64,000 nt of DNA from the human T2T-CHM13v2.0 reference genome, Homo sapiens (GCF_009914755.1 NC_060940.1), one strand, 5' to 3'; counted from the first letter of the stretch, positions 1 through 62,085 are shown. A program made the numbers and translations. Notes: generated by a model not told the origin, from the sequence alone.

Positions 1-730
1 CCGCCGGGATTCACATTTCAACAGCGACGTCCTTTCTCTGTTGGACTCGGCAAGGAACTACATTTCCCAGCAGGCACCGGCGCAGAGGTCGAGGGGCGAG
101 GTCGCCATCTTTTTCGTAGTCCTCTCCCTCATTTCCGCAGGGAAGAGGCCAGACGCCTGGACTACACATCCCATGTCGCAGTCGCCCCGGCCCTGCAGCC
201 GCCATCTTTGCCGGTAGCCCCGCCCCATCCCCTTCCATTGTCTCGACTTGAGATGATAGACGGGAGCCGGGAGACTGCAACTCCCGTCAGGCCGTGCGCC
301 ACTGGTGGGGGGGATTTCGAGACCACAGGCGGGCGAGGTGCCCAAGGTGGTGGAAAGCGGAGACCGGGAGAGGCTAGGTAGCCTGCCATCTTTACGGTAG
401 TCTCCTCGTCCTCCTGGTTCCGCCATTCTTAAGGAACACTGGAAGGCTATAAAACTACTAATCCCATCGCACCTCGTAAGATCGACTACTAGTCAGGTGT
501 ATGTCCCTCTTCCGCCATCTTGCTTGTAGTCCTCTTTCCTTTTCACCTTTCCATTGTTCCTGACGAGTAGAAATGGCAGCGGGAAGGCAGCAGATGGACT
601 GCGACTCCCGTCAGGTACCACACACGCGGAGGGTTGTGGACAGGAGGGCGTGTGAGTGCCTGGGAAGGAGGTCGGGTCGGGGGAGAAGGCCATCTTGTTT
701 GTAGTCATCGTTCCCTCTCCTTCTCGATGT
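1..730 (-). ncRNA. FBXL19-AS1: 5' part of divergent antisense lncRNA (boundaries approximate)
   Basis: Recalled locus knowledge. YY1 motifs read AAGATGGC on the minus strand, the orientation typical just downstream of a TSS. The transcript itself cannot be shown from sequence. Confidence 0.5.
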
Positions 731-913
731 TCTGCAACTGGGAGCCTCGGGGCAACGGGACTCTAACTCCCGGCATCCTCGGCTCCCGGCTGGGCACGCC
801 CTCCGCCGTCCTGTTTGTAGTTCCCGCTGTCCCCAGCGTCCTATTGTTCCCCCGTAGCATCAGTGGCCGCAGGACTACAACTCCCGTCGAGCCCTGCGTG
901 CGTTCGTCCTGGA

Positions 914-1080
914 AAGTGGAGGTGGTGGAGGAAGGAGGGGGAAGGGGGCGGGGTTCCTCTGGGAGAAGGAGGGAGTAAAGAGGGGGAGGAGGAGGAGGAG
1001 GAGGGAAGGAGGAGGGAGGGGAGGGGAGGGGGGAAGAGAGGAGGAAGGAGGAAGGAGCTGAGGAGGGATGAGAGAGGCGG
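914..1080 (+). repeat. Polypurine (GGA/GGGA) low-complexity tract
   Basis: Almost pure G/A sequence including (GGA)n; a pyrimidine tract follows at 1141-1195. Confidence 0.85.
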
Positions 1081-1229
1081 CCAGGGCCCCGGGCCGTAGC
1101 AGCGCGGGGCTGGGGGACCAGGGGGGCTGAGACACCCCAACTGCCCCCTTCCCCTTTCCCTCTCCCCCTCTATCCTTTCCTTCCACCCTCCCGCTTGAGG
1201 AGGGGGATTTATTCAAATTTTATTTAAAT

Positions 1230-1921
1230 CCCTATCTCCCGAGGGTCGCGCGCTTGGGGGAGGGGGAGAGGTCGGGGGTGCGCGCGGGCTGGGGGGGGCG
1301 GGGCCGGAGCAGCTTCCTTCACCTCCCCCTCCGCTCGCCTCGCAGCCGTAGGGCAGGGGGTCGCAGTCCAGGGGCGGGCCCAGGGGAGGGGGGCAGGTTA
1401 CAGCGACCCCCCCCTCCCCGGGAACCGGCGGTGGGCGGGCTTGAACCCCGGAAACGGTGGGGGGGGCCCAGGCCTGGCACTGGACCCCTGGGCAGTGGGG
1501 TCCGGGAAGGGGCCAGTTAAAGGGCCAGGGGCGCTGGGGAGAGGCGGGGCGGGGTGGGGGGAGGGGAGCTGGGACTCGGACCCGGGACTGAGTGGGCCCC
1601 GGGCAGAAGCTGAGCACCCTGCGCCCAAGGAGCCCCCGTTGGCCTGGGGGGGCTGAGGGACTGAGCCTCCCAGAGCAGGACCTCCCCCTGGAAGGGCCGC
1701 GCCGCAGCCCGTGGGAGGGCCTCGCCCCCGGCGCCCCCCATCTCCACTCGCCGCCGTCCCGGCCTCCGCCGGAGGGAGGGGCCGAGCGCCCTCGGGGGGC
1801 CGTGGACCCCGGCGTTCTGAGCGTTCCGCGCCCCGCGCCGCCCGGCCCCCCCGCCGCCGATGGCCGCCGACCCGCCGGGAGCTGCCGAGAAGGGAGAGAT
1901 GGCTCCCGGGACACGTGTGAG
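1230..1921 (+). other. FBXL19: FBXL19 upstream first exon (5' boundary uncertain)
   Basis: Donor GAG|GTGGGT at 1922 inside the CpG island; would splice to acceptor 3193 and use ATG 3217 (674-aa form). Confidence 0.6.
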
Positions 1922-2194
1922 GTGGGTTCATGCGGCTCCTCCTCACCCCCAGACCTGGGCAGCGCCCACTCCCATTCATCCTCAGCCCGGCCTCTCTCTA
2001 CCTTCCCCGCCCCCAGCCTCACCCTCTCTCTACTCCAAACTCATCTCCAGCCCTCCTTCCTATGACCTCTCCACCCTGGGGAACTGGCCCTCCTTCCTAG
2101 ACCCTGCTTCCCCTTGAAAGCCCCCACCCCCGCCTGCAGTCGCCGCCCTCCAGGCCCCTCCCCTGGAGCGCTGGAGGGCCCCTTAGCCCCATGG

Positions 2195-24693
<22,499 letters not shown>

Positions 24694-25731
24694 TTGGGCG
24701 CCCCCCACCCTCCCCCGGACTCGACAGGAGCCTGGACCTCCGGCTTCATTTCACCCCTGCTGGGAGGCCAGGTTCCCACCTCACCACCCTGGGATTCCTG
24801 AGTGTCAGTGACTTGGGATTCCCACCCAGGGACTCAAGCCAGCCACCCCCTTCTTTCCCCCCTGCACTGATATCTCTGGGGGTTTCTCCTTCCTATGTCC
24901 TGCCCCTGCTACCTGCTTCATTGTCCATCCCCTGGGGGAGTGGGTCAGAGGTACTGGAGGGTGCTGAGCCGAAGGGACGGTGGGAGGGGGGTTATGGTGC
25001 AAGTGTTGGGGGGGAGAATGGGGAAAGGACACACACAGGATATGGGAGCCAGGGGCTGGGGGAGGTGGAAGGGGCGGGGGGCGGGGCAGACAGCAGACCA
25101 CCAAGGGTTCAGGGAACAAAGACCAGTTACTTGGAGTGGGGGGTGGGGGTGGGGCCACAAAAGGAAAACCGGAGGAGCAATTGGGGATCCAGGTGTCAGA
25201 GGTAGGGGAACCAGGGGCAAGCTGGGGCTGAGCTGGAGGTGGGGATGAGAGCAGGTGTGGGGACAGCAATACCCCCTTGGGGGTCACCTCTCTGCTTCCC
25301 CCCTCCCCAGGCTTCAGTTCCTTCCCCCTGACCCTGACTCCTTGAACGTCACTGAAAACGGCAGCTATTGCAAGGAGTGGGGGCCGCGGGCAGCCGCTCT
25401 TCAGCTCGCGGCCCAGGGGAGTGGCGAGGGGCGCCCCAACCCCCTGCCCGCCTCTCCGCACAATACTTGAACATTCATCTGTACTGAAGTGTTACTTGAA
25501 CCGGGGGAATCTCGGACCTGGGGGAGCCGGGGTGTGAGGGGACTGGACCAGCTTGGACTGAGACCTGAGACCGGGCCGGTGGGCGCCCATTTGGGACTGC
25601 GCCACCCCCAGGCTTGTTCTTGTTTTACTGTATTGAGCGGCGGCACCCGCCGGACCCGCATTATGGCTGGGGGCGCCAGCCCAAGAATGGGGACCATGGG
25701 ACTCCTCCAGCCTGGCTCTTCCCACTCTTTC

Positions 25732-25873
25732 ATCGTCATGGAAACTTGTATCCCATTTGCCCAGGGAACTGCCACTCCTGGTTGCCATGGAAATAGCAGC
25801 CAACGGACACCTCCCGATGCCAGTGCTAAGGCTGGAAATGGCCCCCTCTTAGTTGCCATGGGAACCTAGTAAC
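25732..25873. promoter_or_regulatory. RFX X-box cluster
   Basis: GTTGCCATGGAAAT 25781, GTTGCCATGGGAAC 25852, TTTGCCCAGGGAAC 25756, ATCGTCATGGAAAC 25732. Confidence 0.65.
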
Positions 25874-26219
25874 AGACTCTGCTGGCCCTCCTTCCCTGCC
25901 CCTTCCTCGAGCGCGGGGTGGGGCTTCGGGACCCCGGGGATGAGCCGGGCCAGGTCCCGCCCCTCCGCGCAGGCCTCCGGGGGGCCGGGGCTTACCATGT
26001 AGGGGAGGGGAGATCTATCCACATACCTCAGGTAACAGGGAGGTGCGCGGGTGGGGGGAGGGCTGGGCGGACCAAAGGCCGGAGGGGTGGGGCCTGGGGA
26101 TAGCGAGAGGCTTGAGAATGGGGCCGCTTGGGGGAGGGAAGAGGCAGCCCGGCGAGGGGCAAGCGGGGGACCCAGCCGGGCTGGGCCCCTGGGCCCCGGG
26201 TCTGTACAATACGGTTTGC

Positions 26220-26225
26220 TATAAA
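26220..26225 (+). terminator. Probable FBXL19 poly(A) signal (variant TATAAA)
   Basis: I saw no AATAAA in the 3' UTR; TATAAA has an upstream TGTA and a downstream GT-rich element (gttcgtgtgtgtat). Confidence 0.6.
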
Positions 26226-26509
26226 ACTCAAAATCTTCCAGCCGGGGCTGCGGAGTTCGTGTGTGTATCTGCGGGGTCCCTACCTACAGATGAGTGGGCT
26301 CACCTCTCCTGGACTCATTTTGGGAGGGATTTGGAAGTGTGGACACCTGGGGTGTCCAGCTGTACCTTGGAGGGGGCTGGGGTTGGCGTGCACCTCGGTG
26401 GGGTCCGGGCGCTTGGATAACGTTCTTGGTGGGTAGGGGTCGCGGGGAATCTCTGCGGGCCCGGGACTGCGGGGACTTGGTCCCCGGCTCCACCCCATCA
26501 TGTGGCTAG

Positions 26510-27052
<543 letters not shown>

Positions 27053-28947
27053 TAAACAGGTCCCAAGGGAGACAGGTTAAAGGGGGCTTTCGTCAAAGGG
27101 GGAAGGAACAAGGTCCCGCGGGACTGAGCAAGTCCCTTCTTACGGATGTGTGTGTACAGGGGACCCCAGGAGACGGGGCCACCGGAGGACACGAAAGTCC
27201 TAAAGGTGTCGTAGTGGGAGTGGGGTGAACAAATCGCTGGTGGGGTTGACTGCAACAGTGAGGCAGAGTGGTCCAGATGGAGCCTGTACCTGGCAGAAGT
27301 GGTTCCTAAGTCCCAGTGCCAGCTTCAAAGGCAGGTCAGCTGGGTGGGGGCTGCATCAACAGGTGGGGGGCTCGAGATGGATTAGCTGGGTGGAAGGGTC
27401 ACCCAGCTGAAGGTGGGCCCGTCCCAGGGAAGGTGGCCACTCTCCAGCGGGCCCAAGGGGTGCTAGTGTCAACCAGGAAAACTGACAAGAGATCATGCCC
27501 GGGAGGGAACCGCTGGGGAAGGAGGCTGATGAGGAAACTGATAAGCGAGTCTCAAGCTGATAAACCCCAGGTGCAGGAGGACGGTGTTGGCTAACGGTCT
27601 GCCCCAGCAGTGGCCTCACAGGAAGTGGGATGGAGGGAGGTCCCAGGGTGAGGATCAGCAGACACAGTCCTGGCTCCTCCCTGCTTGTGGCCAGCTGTGT
27701 GACCCTGGACAGGCCTCCACCCCGCTTGCAAGCCAGTGGGAAACTGAGATCATGGAGGGTGCGCCCTCTGTAGCCAGCCAAGTAACCGCCCCAGGGTGAG
27801 CCAGGCATGTCAGAGCAGGTCACGTACCAAGGATGGCTCAGACTAGCCTGCTAATTGGACAGGTGTGGAAAGTAAAAGCCTTGCCTCTGGGCAGGAGCGA
27901 ATGAACTGGGACCCAGGGTTGCTGCTCTGTTAGTCTGGGGTTGCCCCACCATCACCCCAGGAAAAAGGAGAAAGTGAGCTGCAGGAGGTACTTTGGGGAA
28001 CGCACTCCTGTGGGGGTGGATATCAGAGGCGGTTGGGGTGGGGACCATGGCGCTAGGGGATCTGGGCTAGTCCCTGCCCTGTCTGTGCCACAACCTCCAT
28101 ATTTGAACAATGACAGGGAAACTCTCTAACCCTAAGGGTCATCATAAGCCTATGGTCTTCTATGTGGGGTCCCAGAATCCACAGACCAGCTTACCTTTCA
28201 TGATGGGGGCATCACCTAGGGACAGGATGTTGGCTCCCCTTCATCTGCACAGCCTGCAGAGGGAAGGGAGCAGCCACCCAAGCTGAGGGAGGTCAACCCC
28301 ATGGTCCAGCCTGTTCCCAAGGAGACAATCCCTCCACGGCAGAATATGCAGGTGCAGGTTGCTGGGGTGACAGCTTAAGGGCCCGAGCCTTCTCTGCAGG
28401 AGGAAGGGGCTGGAGGTTTAGGTTCCGGGGGCAGGACTGGCCGCAGTCCTAGCAGGGGTGACCGAGGCTGGGCCAGGCTCTGGGAGAAACCAGGACTAAG
28501 CCTGGCCCAGATCCCTGTCTGTGGAAAACACCTCCTGACACCTGCCATGGCCCAATTTCCCAAAATACTCAGCCCTGTTTTCCTACCTCCACCCGCCAGC
28601 CTCTACACCTACCTTCTTCTTTCCCCAGGCCCAGAGCAATCGAATGGACCCTACAAGAACCAGGGATGGGGAGAGAGTGGGCTTCTGAAACTCAGGTGGC
28701 CTAAGTTAGAATAGCATTATACAAATTGTATCCAGCTGTCACTAAGCACCAGGCACTGCCCTCAGTGCCTTTATATACATCATCTGTTAGCCTACAAAGT
28801 GGGTACTGCTACTCTGGCCATTTTACAGATGAGGAAACTGAGGATCAGAGATGTTAAGACACCTGCCCAAGGTCCCACAGCAAGTAAGTGGCAGGATTTG
28901 AGCCTAAGCCGTCTGGTTCCAGACTCCAAATTTATAAATTCCTAGAA

Positions 28948-29896
<949 letters not shown>

Positions 29897-30113
29897 ATTT
29901 CATGTATATTTCATTTAATGTTTATACCAACCCTATAAGGCAGGGAGGTGCTGTTATCAATCTCTATTTCCAGATAGGAAATTGAGGCACACAGAGAACT
30001 GACTTGCTCAAGATTACACAGCTAGAGCAGAGAATGATCCCAGGCAGCCCAGCTCCAGAATCTGCTGTTTGATCCCTATGCAGTAAACCTGTTAGAAGCA
30101 TGTCATCCAGCCC

Positions 30114-30426
<313 letters not shown>

Positions 30427-30582
30427 ATCCAGCCCTCTTGATAGGGAGGTGGGGAAACCAGAACAGAACAGAGCCTTTGCAAAGCTGTCCATTCGTTTAC
30501 TCAACAGAGACTGAATGTCTCTGGTTTCTGCCAGGCACAGTTCTAGGTCCTAGGGATATGTATCAGTGATGTATCCCGATAG

Positions 30583-31305
<723 letters not shown>

Positions 31306-31688
31306 GACTGGTGTTAGCCACCGCTCACTGCAAGCACTGCCTCCCTCCGGGGTCTGTAAGAGGCCGCAGGGGCCTACAGACCTCATCCCCCCATCCCCTG
31401 GCTGGAGCCACTTCCAGTGGCCACTCTCAGGCAGAGTTCAGATTCCTGCCCGCAGGGTCCTCTGGGCTGGGCCTTGGGGCAGCTCCCACATTCCCAGGGA
31501 TTTTCCCCATCAGTCTGTCCCTTGGGTTTTGCAAGCTACTCTGCACCTGGGCTGGCCTCAGTTGAAGGATCATGCAGTAGATAGAGGGGAGGCAGGGAGA
31601 GCTTGTGGGACCTTCAGTGCTGACTTTAGCCACCATTTCCATTCCTATACAGGATGTGAAGGTCAGAAGGCAGCCAATTGTTGGTTTA

Positions 31689-31948
31689 ATTTTTTTTTTT
31701 TTTTGAGACAGTCTGTTTCCCAGGCTGGAGTGTAGTGATACAGTCACAGCTCACTGTAGCCTCGACCTTCCAGGCTCAAAAGATGCTCCCACCACAGCCT
31801 CCCAGGTAGTGAGTAGCTGGTACTACAGGTGTGTGCTGCCACACCCGACTAATTTTTTTGTAGAGACGGGGTTTCGCTGTTCCCAGGCTGGTCTCAAACT
31901 CCTGGGCTCAAGTGAACCTCCCGCCTCGGCCTCCCAAAGTGCTGGGAT
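31689..31948 (-). mobile_element. AluJ in ORAI3 3' UTR
   Basis: Antisense Alu between stop 31305 and AATAAA 32380. Confidence 0.88.
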
Positions 31949-32379
31949 TCCTTTCTTTATTTCTGTAGAATCTATTTTATGGTTGGCATTTTGGGGGAAG
32001 ATTTCGATGGGTTCCACATTCTTGCTTTAGTTGTTGTAGAGGGATTTGGGTGTTTCTACCCAAGGCATTGGTCTAGCTTTTCCTACAATGAACCTATCTT
32101 TGGAGGTTCAAGCTCCCCACCTTCCCCCACTGTGGTGACCTGTGGCCACTTGCAGAAGGGATGGTGCCTGACCCACTGCCCTAGCCCCACGCTATGCACC
32201 AAACTTGTTCTCCCCGTCCTGGTCCAGGGCTGGGGTCTTTAGAGACTGACAGCCTCTGCCCCAGGCCTGAGTCCTTAGCAAGGGTTGGGTAAGGAGGTTT
32301 TAAGGGAGAAGGTCCAGTCCTTAGCCCTTGAAATACAAAGCTCTTCTGACACTGAATTTGGATGCACCTTGTTTTATAT

Positions 32380-32385
32380 AATAAA
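32380..32385 (+). terminator. ORAI3 poly(A) signal AATAAA
   Basis: Canonical hexamer about 1.07 kb after the stop codon with U-rich flanks. Confidence 0.85.
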
Positions 32386-32637
32386 TCGTGTTTCACAGAT
32401 GTCCCTGTTGCTGTGAAGGGGATGCAGGGCAGGCCTTCTTAGGATAACTTTACTTGTTCCCAAGAGCCGGGTGGTGGCAAGTTTGGGTGGACAGGACCTG
32501 GGAGGGGAGTGGGTTTCAGGTGTAACCCTGTCAGATGCTAACAAGGGCCAACAGCTTCTGAATGGGGAGAGTTATTCCAAGGCTACAGGCTTTGAACTCT
32601 TGTCCCTGAGTTCAGAGTCTCTATCTCTTCCACTGAG

Positions 32638-33627
<990 letters not shown>

Positions 33628-34559
33628 TAAGCGTTAAGTCTTTATCATTTTCATTTCAGAGATAAGGAAACAGGCCCAAGAAGGCTGAAGATCTTGCCCA
33701 AAACCACACAGCTAGTCCATGAAACTGAACTTGGACTATCTACCCCTCACACGGGAATCTCTCTTTGATTTGAGAAAAGGAACCAGTGCCTTTCAACTGG
33801 AACAGAAAGGAATCTGATCTCAACACCTATGCCTCCACGTAAATTATTTTTTTCAGCCTTATTTCCCTCAAAATTGTAGAGTCCTAATCTTCTTCTATCT
33901 TGTGGTGTGAGACCTTGGATAAGTCTCCCTTCCACCTTTTCCTATTACTTAAAATGGTGAATTTGCATAAACCAGGCTCTAAGGGTCTTTTCTGCACTGT
34001 TCGGATGTGTACAAATTGACATCCAAGTTTAAAGGAAGACTCTGAAACTTAGGTCAATGACTTGCCCAAGGCCATATAGCGAGGGCCTGATGTACACATA
34101 TCAGGAGCTTGGGGCATCCTCAGCTCAGGAAAAGGGACCTCCTGGGAGTGCCTGCGCCCACACGGGATCAAAACGGTGCCCAGCCTTCAGAAACCTCAGC
34201 CCGAGTTCCAGGGGTAGGCCTGGGCCGCTGCTGCCCTTGTGCGGAGGCATCCCGTGAGCATAGGGCGCCATAGCCAAAGAAGCGGGCAGTGGGACCATGA
34301 CGCCAGGAGGACACACCAGTCCAGTCCCGTTCCTGTAGGACCTCGTTTATTATTACAAGGCCCATTTAAGGGCACTTAGGCCCCACTAGGCTCATCAGAA
34401 AACCTTGAGGCGGTCCCTGGATTTAACCACTAATGGTGGGTTTGAGTACGGCAAAGTAGGGCACCTTCTACAGGCCTCACTCTCCCCATCTGGCAAATGG
34501 GCATCCTAAGCAGCCAGACACCCAAGGGCAATAACGGGAAGGAAAGGTACCCTGCATTT

Positions 34560-36110
34560 ATGTGCGAGGCGGGGCAAACCGCCTGAGTCACCGCTCACGG
34601 TTGTGTTTTTCCACCTCCCGGCCGTCCCTCCCATCCGGGTGAGTCCTCGTGGGTCCTCCCGGAGGCGCCCCCTAGTCCCAGGCTCTGCACGCCCTGGCCC
34701 CGCCCCTTGACTCGGCCCCGCCCACAGTGGAATCCGCAGATTCGCCAGGTCGGATCCTCAGAATTCCTCGGGTCCCTCGATACTCGGCTGAAAATTCTCA
34801 TCGGACTCTGAGAGGAGCGCTGGGCTGGAGGCATTTTCCCCAGGGACAGAAGCGGGCTATTCTCTCACTTGGGCCAGTAAGAAAAATCCAAAAAAAGTTG
34901 TCGACTCTGCCAGCAGGGATTGGCTAACGGGCCGTTATTTTCTTGACTCCACCAAGGCGGATGAAGGGGAGGCTACGGCTGAGGCCGGGAACAGTGGCGA
35001 ATCTGCAGCCTCTCAGAATTTGGCAGTGCAAGGAAGGGACGGGGAAGAGAAGCAAAGCGGCGCGCATCCTGTCCAGCGATTCGCCCCGCCCGCCCGGTGA
35101 ATCTGCGTCTGCAGAACGCGCCACTGAAGGTTCCCCAGCGCTGGCTGGCCTCCTCCCCTCCGCCCCGCCCCTTTTCCTCAGGGACTAGTCGCAGCTTTCG
35201 TCGCCGCCGATTCGTCAAGGTCCCGGGCCGCAGCATCTAGATCGTCGTGGCGAAGCCGACTCTCCGGGGGATGCGGCCAATCTCCAAGCTCCCTGGGCCG
35301 CAACTTCCGAGCCTCCCAGGGCGCCGGCCGAGGCGAAGCCGCTACCCTCGGCCCCGTGGGTCCCCCGGCAGCGCCTGTGGCGAAAGTGCGAATGCAGACC
35401 CTGTGCCCGCTGGGCCTCGCGCAGGTGGCAGTGGTGTTTGGTGCGCGCGCCGGGGAGGTGGTGGTGGGGGGGCGCCGCCGCCGCCACCGCTGCGGGGCCG
35501 GGTCTCGCGCTGCCGCTGCCGCCGCCTCGCGCCGCTGAGGTGCCGCGCGAGGTGGGGGGAGGGGGAGCCGCTCGCCGGGAGCGGGTGAGTGGGGCCGCGC
35601 GGCGCGCGTGCGCGGAGACCTGCTGGGGGGGGTGCAGAACGCGCCGGGGCGGGAGGAGAGGGCAGCGGTGCGCGTTCCCCCCACCCCCCCGCCCGCATTC
35701 GGGGTCGAAGCCGGGTCTCGGGCTCGGTCTCGCGGTGTTTCCAACGCCCCGAAGAGGTGCCACCTTTCGGCCGGAGGATCGGGGCGCGGGGAGGAGAGCG
35801 GGTGTGTGGGAGCCGTGGCCGGGCTCGGCCCGGGCCGCTGGCCGGTGAGGAGGCGGGAGGGGGCGGGGCCTGCAGGGGGCGGGGGAGGGGTCTTGCTCCG
35901 AGGCCAAGTGGGGCGCGCGCTAGGGAGAGCGGGAAGGTAAGGGGGCTCGAGACGGGCCTGGGGGCCTGACAGTAGAGTTGGGAGGTGGAAAGAGGCTGGG
36001 TTGTTGTGGCGAAACAGAGGGTACTTGGGGGAGAATCCGGGGGAGCCCCGGGTCAGGGTGAGGGTTGGAAACTGGAGTGATGGGAGAACCTGGAATCGGG
36101 GCTAGCCAAT
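34560..36110. promoter_or_regulatory. SETD1A: SETD1A CpG-island promoter and non-coding first exon(s)
   Basis: CpG-rich; AP-1 TGAGTCA 34584, CCAAT boxes (34919 minus, 35277), GC boxes; candidate donors at 34639, 35425, 35585 and 35937. Confidence 0.85.
34665..34678 (-). promoter_or_regulatory. CTCF-like motif
   Basis: Minus strand GGACTAGGGGGCGC vs consensus CCACTAGGGGGCGC. Confidence 0.5.
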
Positions 36111-36185
36111 GAGGAAAGGCAGGGGAGTCAGGCCCCAAGTCCTGATCCTTCTTGCGTGTCCCTCTTCCCCTAACAGTGTAAATGA

Positions 36186-61465
<25,280 letters not shown>

Positions 61466-62085
61466 GGTGGGGCAGGATGGGTGCCCACACCCCTATTTAT
61501 TCCCCCTGGTGCCCTGAGCTCCCAGCACCCCCCCAGCCTTAGTGGGCTCAGCAGGGCCCACATGCCCCCATCTCCAAGCGTGGGGTTGGGGGCCCCAAGC
61601 CCAGCGAGGGAGCCTCAGTCCCTGGAGGCAGCTTCTGCCTCTCCTGTCGCCCCTGCCCACCACCCCCTGATTGTTTTTCTTTGCGGAGAAGAAGCTGTAA
61701 ATGTTTTGTAGCAGCCAGCAGCTGTTTCCTGTGGAAACCTGGGGTGCCGGCCTGTACAGATTCTGTCCTGGGGGGCTACACAGTCCTCTCGCTTTGTGTT
61801 AATGGGGACTTCCCCTTACGCCCTGCGTGTACCCCTCCCCAGTTTAGGGGTCTCTGGGGCAGTGGCCATGTTCTCCCCCTGGGGGGGCTCTGCACCCCCA
61901 GTCCTGGGGACTCCGTGCCTGGAACCCTGCCTCATCTGTTCCTGCCAGACCCTGAGGGTCACCCTTCCACCCTGGTGTCACTCCCCGGCTCAGCCAGGCC
62001 AGGATGGCGGGGTGGGTCCCTTTTGCTGGGCTGGACTGTACATATGTTAATAGCGCAAACCCGACGCCACATTTTTATAATTGTG

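Larger units (their letters stand above)
1..2000. promoter_or_regulatory. CpG-island bidirectional promoter of FBXL19 / antisense lncRNA
   Basis: High CpG density, GC boxes, and clustered YY1 (GCCATCTT) and ZNF143-type (ACTACAnnTCCC) motifs upstream of the FBXL19 exons. Confidence 0.85.

Noticed and set aside
54-892. CRISPR-like repeat-spacer array
   Set aside because: Repeats are short, degenerate, of two types and irregularly spaced; human context with no cas genes; they match transcription-factor motifs
1213-2022. 269-aa minus-strand ORF and other long CpG-island ORFs (also 35178-35969)
   Set aside because: Stop-poor GC-rich sequence, often non-ATG starts, low-complexity G/P/R composition, no domain
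26220-26225. TATAAA as an ORAI3 TATA box
   Set aside because: TGTA upstream and GT-rich downstream fit a poly(A) site; ORAI3 has a CpG-island promoter and the site is far from the likely start
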